The notes under the pieces were generated by a model. The model ran no database searches. It was given only the letters and a program-made list of their open reading frames with translations, and was not told the DNA's origin. A stretch of 64,000 bases of DNA, taken from NCBI GenBank assembly GCA_002633005.1, contig NMRA01000314.1, forward strand, positions 406,898-470,897, written 5' to 3'. Positions 53,264-64,000 of this stretch are shown here, piece by piece (the stretch's first letter is position 1; each line of letters opens with the position of its first letter). The stretch is from Phoronis australis. Lineage: Eukaryota; Animalia; Phoronida. A program made the translations under genes and the position numbers.

Positions 53264-55221
53264 TTTTTACCATCAGTCAGGATTTTGAAAAATTGTGAGC
53301 AATGACAAGAATGTTAGAAGCTCTCAAAAATGAAAAAGGGGCATTTTAGCAATTAGGTTTTTATCAAAACTGGTGACGTTTCAAGGTATTTAATATCACC
53401 AGTAAATTTTGCCGCAATCAGAGCAGACACACTGGCACTCTAGACAGAAAATATACACCAAGGCAGCCAGTTTCATACTTCTTACTAAGACTGACTTTGG
53501 CACTCACAACCAATAGATGAAACATTCCTAAGAAAATTACATATTGAAATCATCTATGATGTATAAGATGTCCATGTATTCCTCATTAGAATATAGCCAT
53601 AAATACAGCTTCTGAAGTTCAAACGTTGTGATCAATTTACCATGATTTCTCAAAGTATCTGTCAGATGATAACGATGGTATACGTGGAACTTCAAAAACG
53701 ATATGGAATTTATTTGGTGTTACTGTTCGTTTATGAAAAAAATGGTAAAAATAAAATCTCATTTTCCGCCACATTGTGTCCTAAAATAGGTGATATTACT
53801 ATAGCAACCATCTATGCATTTAGCTCAGCTCACCTGCACCTGCTCCGAGATGAAAAAAAAACAACTGGGACATTCACCTCGTTGAGCAAAATTCTTATGG
53901 TTCATTATTGTTGTAGGTGTAAGCTATAAATTCAGTCCAACAGCATTCAAGTTCGAGGAACACGGGTCTCCCTCTGCCCTTGCCTTTATAACTCAGAATC
54001 GTAGGCCCAATTGTTATGACTAAAACTTGCAAGTCTAGGGTCAAGGCCTGGAGTCACTCTATTAGACACCCAAAACTAACAGTAATGTGAGAGGTCTGTG
54101 CTTCACATGAACTTAAATATTCATAGGAGACACTGTTGACACATTGGGTATGTTGAGAGTAGTCATAACAGGTATCATACCTGTGTGAACGACTAACTAA
54201 ACAGGTACACAACAAGTCAATAAAGGGAGTCAGGTGGGAGGTTCTCAAAACTTTGTTTTCAGTGTTTGGAGAACAAGATTGATACCGTGGACATTGTACT
54301 ATGAGGCCTCTCCAGGTTGATTGGAAGATGCAATGAACTCCTTGAAACAACACCAGTAAGGTGTCTGAGTCATCATAGGGCTTATGAGAAGTAGAGCATA
54401 CAGAGCAGAGAGTATGGTGCTGGGTAAATCAGTTATAGTGTGGGGTATTTAGGGAAGTAAGGTTTCTCCATGTTGACAGACAGGTGGACTACACTCACTT
54501 GAGACAATACATGGTGTCCGGGATATCATGGTGATGCCGTGATTTAGCGTGGATAGAAACAAATACAGACAATACGCAAAACTGTCACCATTTAGTTCAG
54601 ACATGGGCATATAATCATTTTTGATTAGCTGTATGCAATCAAAAGATAACAGAAACCAATGCTGCCAACTACACTCACATTGTGACAAGTTATTGCATAA
54701 CCACACTGCTCAGTTCAATGAAGGCATCCATAGATCTTGGTGCATTGAAATTCTTTGTGGAAACACATGTGAAGAAAAAGACAGCAGACATTGTTACTGT
54801 GAAATTGTTTGCGGAAACACTATGGAGACAATGATTGCAAGCATAGTGCATTAAAACTCTTCACCGAAGCACTATGAAACACAGACAAGTCAGATGTTCA
54901 AGTCAGACATCTGGTGCAGTCCACATTACAACTTTTCCTAGAACAAGTTTTCGCTGGGTTCAGTACAAGTGTACAAGATATATGCGCTGGATTAATTTCA
55001 AACGCGTTTGACAACTTAGCCCACCTTATCGAGGTAGGGTAACTTGTTCAAGGGTAACTTAGCCAGCTCAAGTTGTAAGTGTGGACCGAAACCTGCAGAC
55101 AAGGCTGAAGTAATTCCCAACTGAGTACTTGTGCACTTACAAACATAAAGGAGTCTAATTATTCTTCTGCCATTATTTGCCACATAAGTCACAAGGTGGG
55201 GTTAGTAGCTCCAAGGCTTTA

Positions 55222-55728
55222 GGCCCTTTCATATTGACTTAACTCCGGTCTGAGCTCGGAGCGTCGACGTAAACAGCGCAGTTAACTGGACTGTTCATAC
55301 TGGCTTCGGTAGTTAATGACCATCGAAGAAAAGGGTTGGTGACGCTGACGTCATCGAAGTTATCGCAAGGTAGCGCTGCACGCTAAGATTTTTTTCAATG
55401 TGACAATTTGGAACATTTAAATGTGCTAAATGACAGTAAACTCATTTTTAAAGCGATTGGTTATCATTAAAGCAAACAATAAGTAGTTATTAGTGACGGC
55501 ACTACTCCGTAACTGTTGACGATAACAGTGGCACCTGGCGATAACTTCGATTGGACCGGAGTTAAGCGTTCATACTGCACGGCAGCGTCGACGCTGCGGT
55601 CTTAAATCCACCTATTAACTGCGATGTTAACTGGAGCTCTTAACTGCGATCCAGGACCAGAGTTAAGCGTTCATACTGCACCGCAACTCCCCAAACCATC
55701 GACGCGTCGACGTTAGTATGAAAGGCCC
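55222..55728. mobile_element. PIF/Harbinger-like MITE
   Basis: TTA TSD; TIR GG(C/G)CCTTTCATA; internal inverted and direct repeats (GACCGGAGTTAA, TTCATACTG, CGTCGACG). Confidence 0.85.
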
Positions 55729-57006
55729 TTATGTGTAGTGTGGATACAAGTTAGGGAGAAACAGCATTCTGACAGTTTGCCATATGGGAGACAGAGAGTG
55801 TGGATGCACCCTTCAACACAGGAACACGACTCTTCAATTAACACTGGGAGCACACAGGCAGTCTGTCTTCAACAGGTCAAGTGAGAAACCTATGTCAAAC
55901 ACCCCAGGCAGTAGTAGAAAGAGTGAAATGTTTCACAAACATTCTAAGACAAACTGAAAAAGTGAGGCTACAAAACTCCTATAGCAAATATGTCACTGCA
56001 ATTTCAATGTAAAAATTAACGATTTATGTTTGGATATCCACATTTCACTTGAGCAGCATTTTAGCCCCAGACATGTTTACCAAATACTCAAGGTGACACT
56101 AATTTTCAGGTTACTTCAACAAAATAAATTCTTGGTGCCATTAAAAGCCCAGCATAAACAAACAAAAGCCCAGCAATAAGATCTGGGCCAAGTTTCAAAG
56201 AAAGCAAGGTTCCCATTTACCGGTAGAACAAACTTTATTCATAGGCTTTGAAAGAAGAAGCATAAAAATCCCTGTAACTATGGTAGTAGTTTTAAGTTTT
56301 TAAAACTTGTGTAAAGCTTAAAACTGTTAGTATCGATAAATCTGTGAAAGAAATATCTCTGATGCTTTTCTGAAGGCTTTGTCTCGATTTTGTCAGAATA
56401 CAGACAAGAACAAATCCTCGAGGTAATGGGGCATTAAATTGCAAGAGACTTCCCAAATGCCAGCCATTGATACAGGGCTAATGAGTGGAGTAAATCCTAT
56501 ATGATCAGAGCTGGACTGAAGGTGTGAAGGGTTATTAGCCAGCCATTCATTCAATATGTCTGTGTAAACACTACCAGGCGACTTCCTGTAGAAGACTTAG
56601 TGATAGAGAACTTGATGGTAACCATCTGTGAGGCAGAAATTCACTTTAAAATACTTTTAAAATTCGTTACTTCATAGATTTGATGTTTGTCAACTGAAAA
56701 TTCCAGTGGACAATATCTTCCCTAAGCCTGTACTGTTATTGTAACATACATAAGATGGGTATCTAATTGAAAATTACACCTTCAAAGTATTCCTGTTATC
56801 CTACTCTCACACACAATTCATACAATCTTTTTCAATCAACAATGTTTGTTGTTGACAAAGACTTATTGTTGGACAGTCCATTAGACAGGTACAATTACAG
56901 TGAGAAGGCACAATACAATGGTGACTCACAGCACACTGCACTGGATGTAATGGGTACAGTCAGGAATACAGGGATGTGGGGAAATCACTGCCCCACAACT
57001 GAGGTG

Positions 57007-57008
<2 letters not shown>

Positions 57009-57057
<49 letters not shown>

Positions 57058-57065
57058 TGTGTGTG
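57009..57065. repeat. (GT)n/(GCGT)n microsatellite
   Basis: Direct observation. Confidence 0.95.
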
Positions 57066-59140
57066 GGTACATGTTAGAGAAAGACGTTCCCATTGGTCTA
57101 CATGTTAGAGAGAGGCATTCCAATTGGGTTACATGTTATCTAGAAAGACGTTCCCATTGTTCTACTATCTTAAAGAATGTACAAAAAGTAATACAAGTAC
57201 ATCGCAAATTTGTTTCATGATTGGTTTCACACGTCTTACAAACAGCATGGAAAAACAGACTTGCGTGTGATTTGAGTACTCAAGACTGCCAAGCTTTACA
57301 AGAGGTGAAATTGCCCAATCGCTCCACAAACTTTCACTTTTCACGGGATGAGATTTTTGATTTTTGGGTCAACTCTTGCCTAAGTTAGGGCACCGATCTT
57401 TGGCTATTAACTTGTACCAAGGGAAAATCTGTTACCCTACAATGAATGATAACCTAGATTAAGCCTGAAGACAAACACAACAGTCATTTCACCTGTCACA
57501 AACCTGTGATTAAAAGACTTAACCTCACTTGAGGTTATCATGAGTTGAACTCAAACCAGCCTTTTGTAACTTAGGCAAACAGTTGACAAAAACAGCACAA
57601 ATAATGCATACTACTAGAAAAAAACCAAATGTCAAATCAGTCCAAAACATTTGATAGAATCTCATTCACATTCATCTATTCACATCCCTGAGACAAAACT
57701 TCCCAAGGTAAAATGATCACAACTGATTGCAACACCACCTGGCTACACTTACTTATCAAAATCCTAGTTCATAACTGTTCATGATTTTTGCCATCCCAAC
57801 CCAAACCCAAAGCCACAGAACTGATCTAACTTCATCGTCAACACTGCTTCATACCATACTCCGATGCTCCACACCAAAAATTTGAGATGCTCTCAACTTG
57901 AAAAAATGCCATAAATGAGACACGGTACACATAGTGCTCATTGGGACTGTACTTACCGTATCTTCCCACTCACTTTCCCCATTATGAGATCTACTTTGGC
58001 GCGTCAGAGTATTTACTGGGTAACCAAGACCCAAAGTTCCACTTAAGTCCAAACTCAAGATATGTGTTTATTTTTATGTGTTGGGATACATCACGGTATA
58101 TACAGATGCATGCCTATTCCAAGTTTGCACTTCATGACCCCTGGGAGTAATATACATATAGGTCATCAAGTGCAACGTAGGATTAAACATTGATCCACAT
58201 AACCCATAATGTACTCATGCATAGTGTTTAGACAAAGGTAGAACTAAAAATGTCAAATATAATTTTGAGTTCTATTTCAAGAACAAAGATATTAGACCCA
58301 GGACCCTGGTGGTAGGTGAAGTAGAGCACAAGTATAACAATATTTGCATAGTGCTATCCATAGCCAAGTTACTTCAAATTCGAACATGGCCAAAATCGTA
58401 ATTTTTTCATTTTTCAAATGCTCACAGCTTTGCCAAAATATGTTCAAAATTTTTTAGAGCATTTGCTGATGACAGCCGAATTAAAATTGTATTTTTGTTT
58501 ACTCCTGTTGAAATTTTTGATAAAACAAATTTTACTGTTAAGCCATGGTGTGTTCTAATTTATAGAAACTTAACTGTATTAGCTTTTAAGATAATATCTT
58601 AACTTCAAACTTAGTCTGATGGTTTAAACTTTTCAATTCAAAGAGAAATCAATCTCCAGAACATCATATGTACTGAATACAACAATGCTGGCAATTAAAG
58701 TGGGCACAGAATCTATAGACAACATTAAATCTGTACTATTCCCATACTCTGAACCCATACCAGTAACATAAACCTGATGAAAACGACCATTAACATTATG
58801 CTATTATCAATATTATACCAACACTAGACTTTAGTGAATGTCTCCAAAGAATATGTGAAGTGAAGGATACATCACAGATCAATATAATAACTGAGAGGAG
58901 GACCTTCTGAGTAATGAAAGCTAACCTCAATCTCAAGAGAGGCTACACCGGCCCTGAGCTCTGACAGGGATAACATTAACAGGATTGAACGTTATCCAAT
59001 AATGTTCCAGTTTGACATCATTCAGAAAAAAATCTATTATATCATAAAACATTTAATTTCCTAAGAGCTCCATAAGGTGAAATTGTGTCCCACACACGCA
59101 CCTAGATGATTAAGATTAATCACATTCTACACAGTCTAAA

Positions 59141-59470
59141 TTGTCCAAAGTACTCTCTATCCAGTATTCATAACCACTAACAAAGACCAGTATAGGGCCG
59201 CTACCATAAGGCCAATGATGCTTTAGCTACAAGCCTTCCGGACCCCCTCCCCCCAATCCTGTGCCTCCTTGAGTTAACATAGGGCAATTCTCCACCAAAA
59301 TTTGTCCAAAGTACTCTCCATCCAGTATTCACCACCACTAACAAAGACCATTATAGGGCCGCTACCATAAGGCCAATGACGCTTTAGCTACAGCCTACAA
59401 GCCCTCCGGACCCCCTCCCCCCCAACCTTGTGCCTCCTTGAGTTAACATAGGGCAATTCTCCATCAAAAT
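59141..59470. repeat. Tandem duplication of ~161-169 bp
   Basis: TTGTCCAAAGTACTCTC...GGGCAATTCTCCA..AAAAT occurs twice. Confidence 0.95.
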
Positions 59471-61704
59471 TTAGGCTGCAGGTTGTTACTAGAATTCTTA
59501 TGTTGTTATAAATGTACTTGTCTCCATGCATAAATAAACACTGCTGCATAAAACATGTCAGTCCATTACTAGCTTGGTGTCTACTGTGAAGATATTATCA
59601 ATATTTGATAAAATGTCCAGCATTTTCAGCAAAGTAACAAGCCATTGAAAAAAATTCATATTTTAGCAATTGTTTTCAGCAAAATAAGGGAGGAATTACG
59701 AATTACCTTACTGCTTTGGGCCCCTGCATAAAGCATGCGGTGTATTCTAAGGTTTCCTGGTTGGACAGGGCCCAGGTCACCACATGGAAATGTGGAGCCA
59801 CCAGTAACAATGACATTACTACTATGAATCACTCAGAGCTGTGTTTTGCTTTGTTTCATTGTAAAAAAAACAAAAATCGAATAAGGCCCTTTACTGTATC
59901 ATAAAATCGGACTCTAATAAGATTCTTTACAGTGATAGAATTCTATTTCCGCTACCAACTACACATTGCCAGTTTGTATGCGACTTGAGTAGCTAACAGA
60001 AATGGATTTCTGTTATGGCAAAGAATATCATGAGACTGGTTTTAAGAGAGAAAAAAGTTCAATTCAATTTTCAGTTGATACGGGTCAAAATGTATCTTTA
60101 CGGCAACGAATGCAGCGCCATCTGGCCTTAGCATGATAGGGGAATTTTGCTTGATTTTTAAATATTTGTCAAAGGTGAAGGTACTGCTCAGGCACTAACA
60201 AGCAATGCCTGCTAACTAACAAAACAAACTCTGGAAGGTTCAGCTAACTTCACATTACCACCACTCCTGAAAGGTCGTTAGAGGTTCATTCATACTAGTA
60301 CACGTCCCTTATCAGACATCTACATACGAGTAAACAGTACCAAAATTGTACCTGTGCATTTTACCTGGAGATATATTTGTCTCTGTGATGGGTTCATTAT
60401 TTAAACCCTATGAATCTTATATGTGTAGAGTTTTTAACTTCTTCATTAGTAAGTTCATAACTGTGTCATGTAAGCGACTCCAACACCTGCAAGTAGCATA
60501 GCATTTTTTGCTCTCTAGGTAAACACAAACCATGAATAATCAATTGTTACACTGAATAACTATTGGCATTATTGAAATAATTCTTAAAAGAAATTGTAAC
60601 CTGTTTAACTGATAATATCTCTGTTCATCAAATTGCCTCTAGGTGGCATTGTTAAGGTCTAGATGTATGGTGTGTTCTTACTAGCCAAATATCAAATGCT
60701 TGACTACCTATGATGAATAGTCGTTAGTACTACTAACTTGGTGTGTTTTGTGTATTAATTAACACATAGTTTGATAAGCTAGCCCACTAGCATTTAAAGA
60801 AAAGTTAACCCCAAAAGTTAACGAAGAATGACTCACGCTGGCTCATAAAGGTGTACACTATACTTCAGGTAAACCAGGCCCTATCCCAAGGATCTATGTT
60901 TGGTATGTACAGTCCCCTCTAGTAGAGATTGTAAAACATCATAACAGTTACATTCATGAACACCCCTGCAATAAACAACTTAAAATTGGAACCAGTTGGC
61001 ACTGAATGAATGAAGGAATGAAGGTTTGTAGCAGGTTATTAAATCAACAACACTCATAAAACCTCCTTAATATCAATTACAGCAGAAGGGCAATCAGCCA
61101 AGAAAAGACTATGAAAAATGAATGAAGACAGTTATGATCTGATGGAATGAGCTATGTTTTTGTTGCAGTATCTCTCACTTTAATGACTTGAAATTCTTAG
61201 TTAATGAAGCTGTAAACGACTTTTGATTAAGACTCCTCCTAGCTATTATGAAATCAGTCTCAAAATTGCTCTTTCATAAAAACAGAATTGGCTTCAAATG
61301 AACGAACAAAAACAACGTGTCATTTTATCCGCTGATCATATACTGATCACATGACATAAAGGAATGACAAACTTTCAGTTCTTTGCAAACACAGGTATCA
61401 TTTCTCAATCAGAGTAAGGAACAAGTTAGGATCAATTTTATAGCAGTGAGCGGTATAAGTCATAAGTACTCAAACAGAATGCAGGTTTAGACCTGGGTCA
61501 AACGAACATCAGCTATCCCACAAACCTGCTGGTTTTGATCTAAATCATCAAAACTAGGTGAAAGTTTGACTCAATTTTTTCCCGCAGTAGGTCCAATAAA
61601 AGACAGTAACAACCAAATTTGCTTGAGGCAAAGCCAAATAAGACCATAACTCAAAACTTGTGAATTTCCAAAAATTTCACTGGTGGTGTACTTAGTCCCC
61701 TTAA

Positions 61705-62089
61705 AGCCTAATTTCAACATAATTTTAGATGCATTGGGCTAACCAGATAGCCCTAGCAAAATACGAAAACGCGAGTTCAATCACGCAAATGTAACCCCAT
61801 CAAATAATAGGTGAACCTGCCTTTTCGTGCCATGTTGCGTCACTGCGAGATCCCAGCACAAACAACAAAAGGCTGATAACAGTTATATTGAATAGGGTCA
61901 TAGAACATCATTGCATGCGGATGTTATTCGCAGCTGTTTGAATTAAAAGGTGATTCTCGCGGTGACATAGACAAAAGCAACCCTAACATTTTGTTACATT
62001 TCGTAATTTATGGCACTAGCAGGTTCATAGTGATGCATTTAATATACTGTAGGAACCAAATTTACAGGTGTTACCGTTCAAGATAGGCT
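61705..62089. mobile_element. Non-autonomous Kolobok-like element, copy 2 (inverse of 17309-17720)
   Basis: TTAA|AGCCTAATTTCAAC ... GTTCAAGATAGGCT|TTAA. Confidence 0.85.
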
Positions 62090-62214
62090 TTAACACCTAA
62101 CAACCATACTAGTAAAGTATCTACTGCAGCTAGTTGAGATGGTGGTACTATTATCTACCATAAGTGTTGTGTGTCTCAGTTTAAACTCCTTGGGCTTTAA
62201 CCCCAACTGCAGAA

Positions 62215-62290
62215 AATTACCCTGACTCTGGGACTTGAACCCAGGTTGCACTTGAGAGAGACGAGCATCTATCTAAGTCATTCAGCCACT
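62215..62290 (-). mobile_element. tRNA-derived SINE head (degenerate)
   Basis: A-box-like TGGCTGAATGA and B-box GGTTCAAGTCC; no intact cloverleaf. Confidence 0.5.
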
Positions 62291-62903
62291 TGGCAACAGA
62301 CTTAAAACAGGCTATATCTGGCTGTACGTTACAAGCGGAAGTCATGTGTCACAACAAAACTGACAACCAATTAAATTATTAAAGACATTATTCATTCAAC
62401 TGTTGAAACTGGCCAACACTAACAGATGAAAGGTCATTTGAGGACACGGACTTTTGCCATCGGTCAGTGTAGGGCCTGTTATTCACTAATTCAACACCAG
62501 CCCAAATCTTCAACACATGTACTCAGTTACCCTTTTGATTTAATCCAAATATCCACTGACACTCACACCTCATAAAAACATTCAAATTAACAAGCTTAAA
62601 TCACATACGAAAAATTTATTGATGAACAAAAAATAATTGTCAGAAATAACACCTCATTAAGTGATTAAGAGACAAGATTAACTCACATCTAGTTTCAGTG
62701 CCTATGCACAAACCGTGTGAACGAACACTAAAAACTTGTGGACCTGCCAAAACGCCGGTCACTTTTTTTTCACAAAGACTTTGAGTCAGGCCGGTGTTGA
62801 ATGAAAGGAAGTTCACTGCAGACAGAGCTATGACCGAGTGCTCGCCGTGCACTCGTCTCGACTCTCCTACACTTTCACACAATTTTCAGGGAGAAAAACC
62901 TAC

Positions 62904-62970
62904 CTGGTTCGTAGAAATTCGCAATATCCACTGCCTTGAGAGCACCCGATTGATTATCACTAGAACTCAT
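62904..62970 (-). CDS. trio: Probable first coding exon of the Trio/Kalirin-like gene (MSSSDNQSGALKAVDIANFYEP, phase 1)
   Basis: ATG preceded by an in-frame TAA and A at -3; ends at CCAG|GTAGGT; phase 1 matches the acceptor at 27566; CpG-rich context with an ETS motif upstream; LKAVDI resembles Kalirin LKASDV. The link across ~35 kb is inferred. Confidence 0.6.
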
Positions 62971-63100
62971 TCTTTAAAATAATCCACAGAACCGCCGTCA
63001 AGATTTTATTTTGTTCATTTTCGTCGTCTGTTTTCACTCTATTGATGAATGAAATCGCCTTCATTCGACTCCTTCCGACAAACTTCCGGTGACTTCGTGA
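62971..63100 (-). promoter_or_regulatory. Probable promoter / 5' UTR of the Trio-like gene
   Basis: Locally CpG-enriched; ETS-type ACCGGAAGTT at ~63081-63090 just upstream of the candidate first exon. Confidence 0.45.
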
Positions 63101-63601
63101 GAGTCTTTTTAGATTGATAAAACATTGATTCACTAAAAGATTACAACAAACTTATGGACTTCTTCAAAGAAAATGGATCAGTGTGTCAAATGAAGTTTTT
63201 AATTGTTCTTCAATCCTTTAACTAATAAAACTTCTAACTAGAAAATACAAACTACGAGTTTATTGTTACGAGTTCAATATGGCTTTGCCTGTTATCGTAT
63301 CCTGTTCCTGTGTGAAAAATGGCAACTCTCTCAAGTCCAACGCAGTTGTTGCCGCTTGGTAGGTGTTTATACCTTTTATGGTTGTTCTGTAAGGCTGTAG
63401 ATGTCCCTTCATACACTGGTATATTATGAGCACATTATAATTTAGAAAAACGTTTCTACAAATTGGGCTACGCGCCTCGCGGTATGGAAGCCACATTTAT
63501 TGTACCTGGCCTCACTCACAATTGAATGATTGTCAATGACAATGACATTGACAATGACAATGTAGACAGTGTCAGTGACGACCGTCTCTAGCTGGCCAGT
63601 T

Positions 63602-63930
63602 GACGCTGCTCGTTGGGTCACGAGACAGTTCAATCGTTTATCCTATGTTGGCTCAATGTTAGAAATCCTAAACAGACGCAAAATCTGTCTGCTGAAAATG
63701 TTTTATTAAAAATATGATAAGAAGTCGGTGATCATCAATTCTGATGTTACCCCTATCACAGATCTTACTGTCTCGGGCATCTGTACCAGAAGGTCATCCA
63801 ACTATAGTATTCCAATAAATAGGACAGATTACTGGAAAAAGACATTCTTTCCTGGAACAGTCGCGGACTGGAATAGCTTGCCAGGCTGCATTACATCAGT
63901 CCCTTCTCTTGATATCTTTGTCAGCTAGCT
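63602..63930 (+). mobile_element. 5'-truncated LINE remnant (CR1/L2-group ORF2 C-terminus)
   Basis: AARWVTRQFNRLSYVGSMLEILNRRKICLLKMFY* then RTDYWKKTFFPGTVADWNSLP, typical post-RT C-terminal motifs. Confidence 0.85.
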
Positions 63931-64000
63931 TTCTGCCTTTCTGAAGTAACATAGTGGGGTGCATCCATTCAGAGCACCCGCTTACTGACTGCCTTATCTG

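Noticed and set aside
62215-62290. Functional tRNA gene
   Set aside because: A and B boxes are present, but no acceptor or anticodon stems could be formed.

Overview
Animal (probably marine invertebrate) genomic DNA, AT-rich, with assembly gaps (single Ns at 13504 and 24147, an N run at 37942-38095). It is dominated by the 5' part of one intron-rich minus-strand gene, a Trio/Kalirin-family RhoGEF. I could splice 12 phase-compatible exons (27566 down to 13505) encoding the Sec14/CRAL-TRIO domain and the first spectrin repeats, plus a probable first coding exon at 62904-62970 behind a ~35 kb intron. The introns hold many minisatellites and DNA-transposon remnants: several TTAA-flanked Kolobok-like elements (two with convergent THAP and accessory-gene stubs), Harbinger-, hAT- and mariner-like MITEs, a SINE head and a LINE 3' end. 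The most unusual signal is that three exons have their 3' end plus splice donor tandemly duplicated into the intron; one array (54 bp) gives eight extra in-frame, stop-free donors. Most ORFs in the supplied track are spurious. All family assignments come from motif recognition and recall, not database searches.
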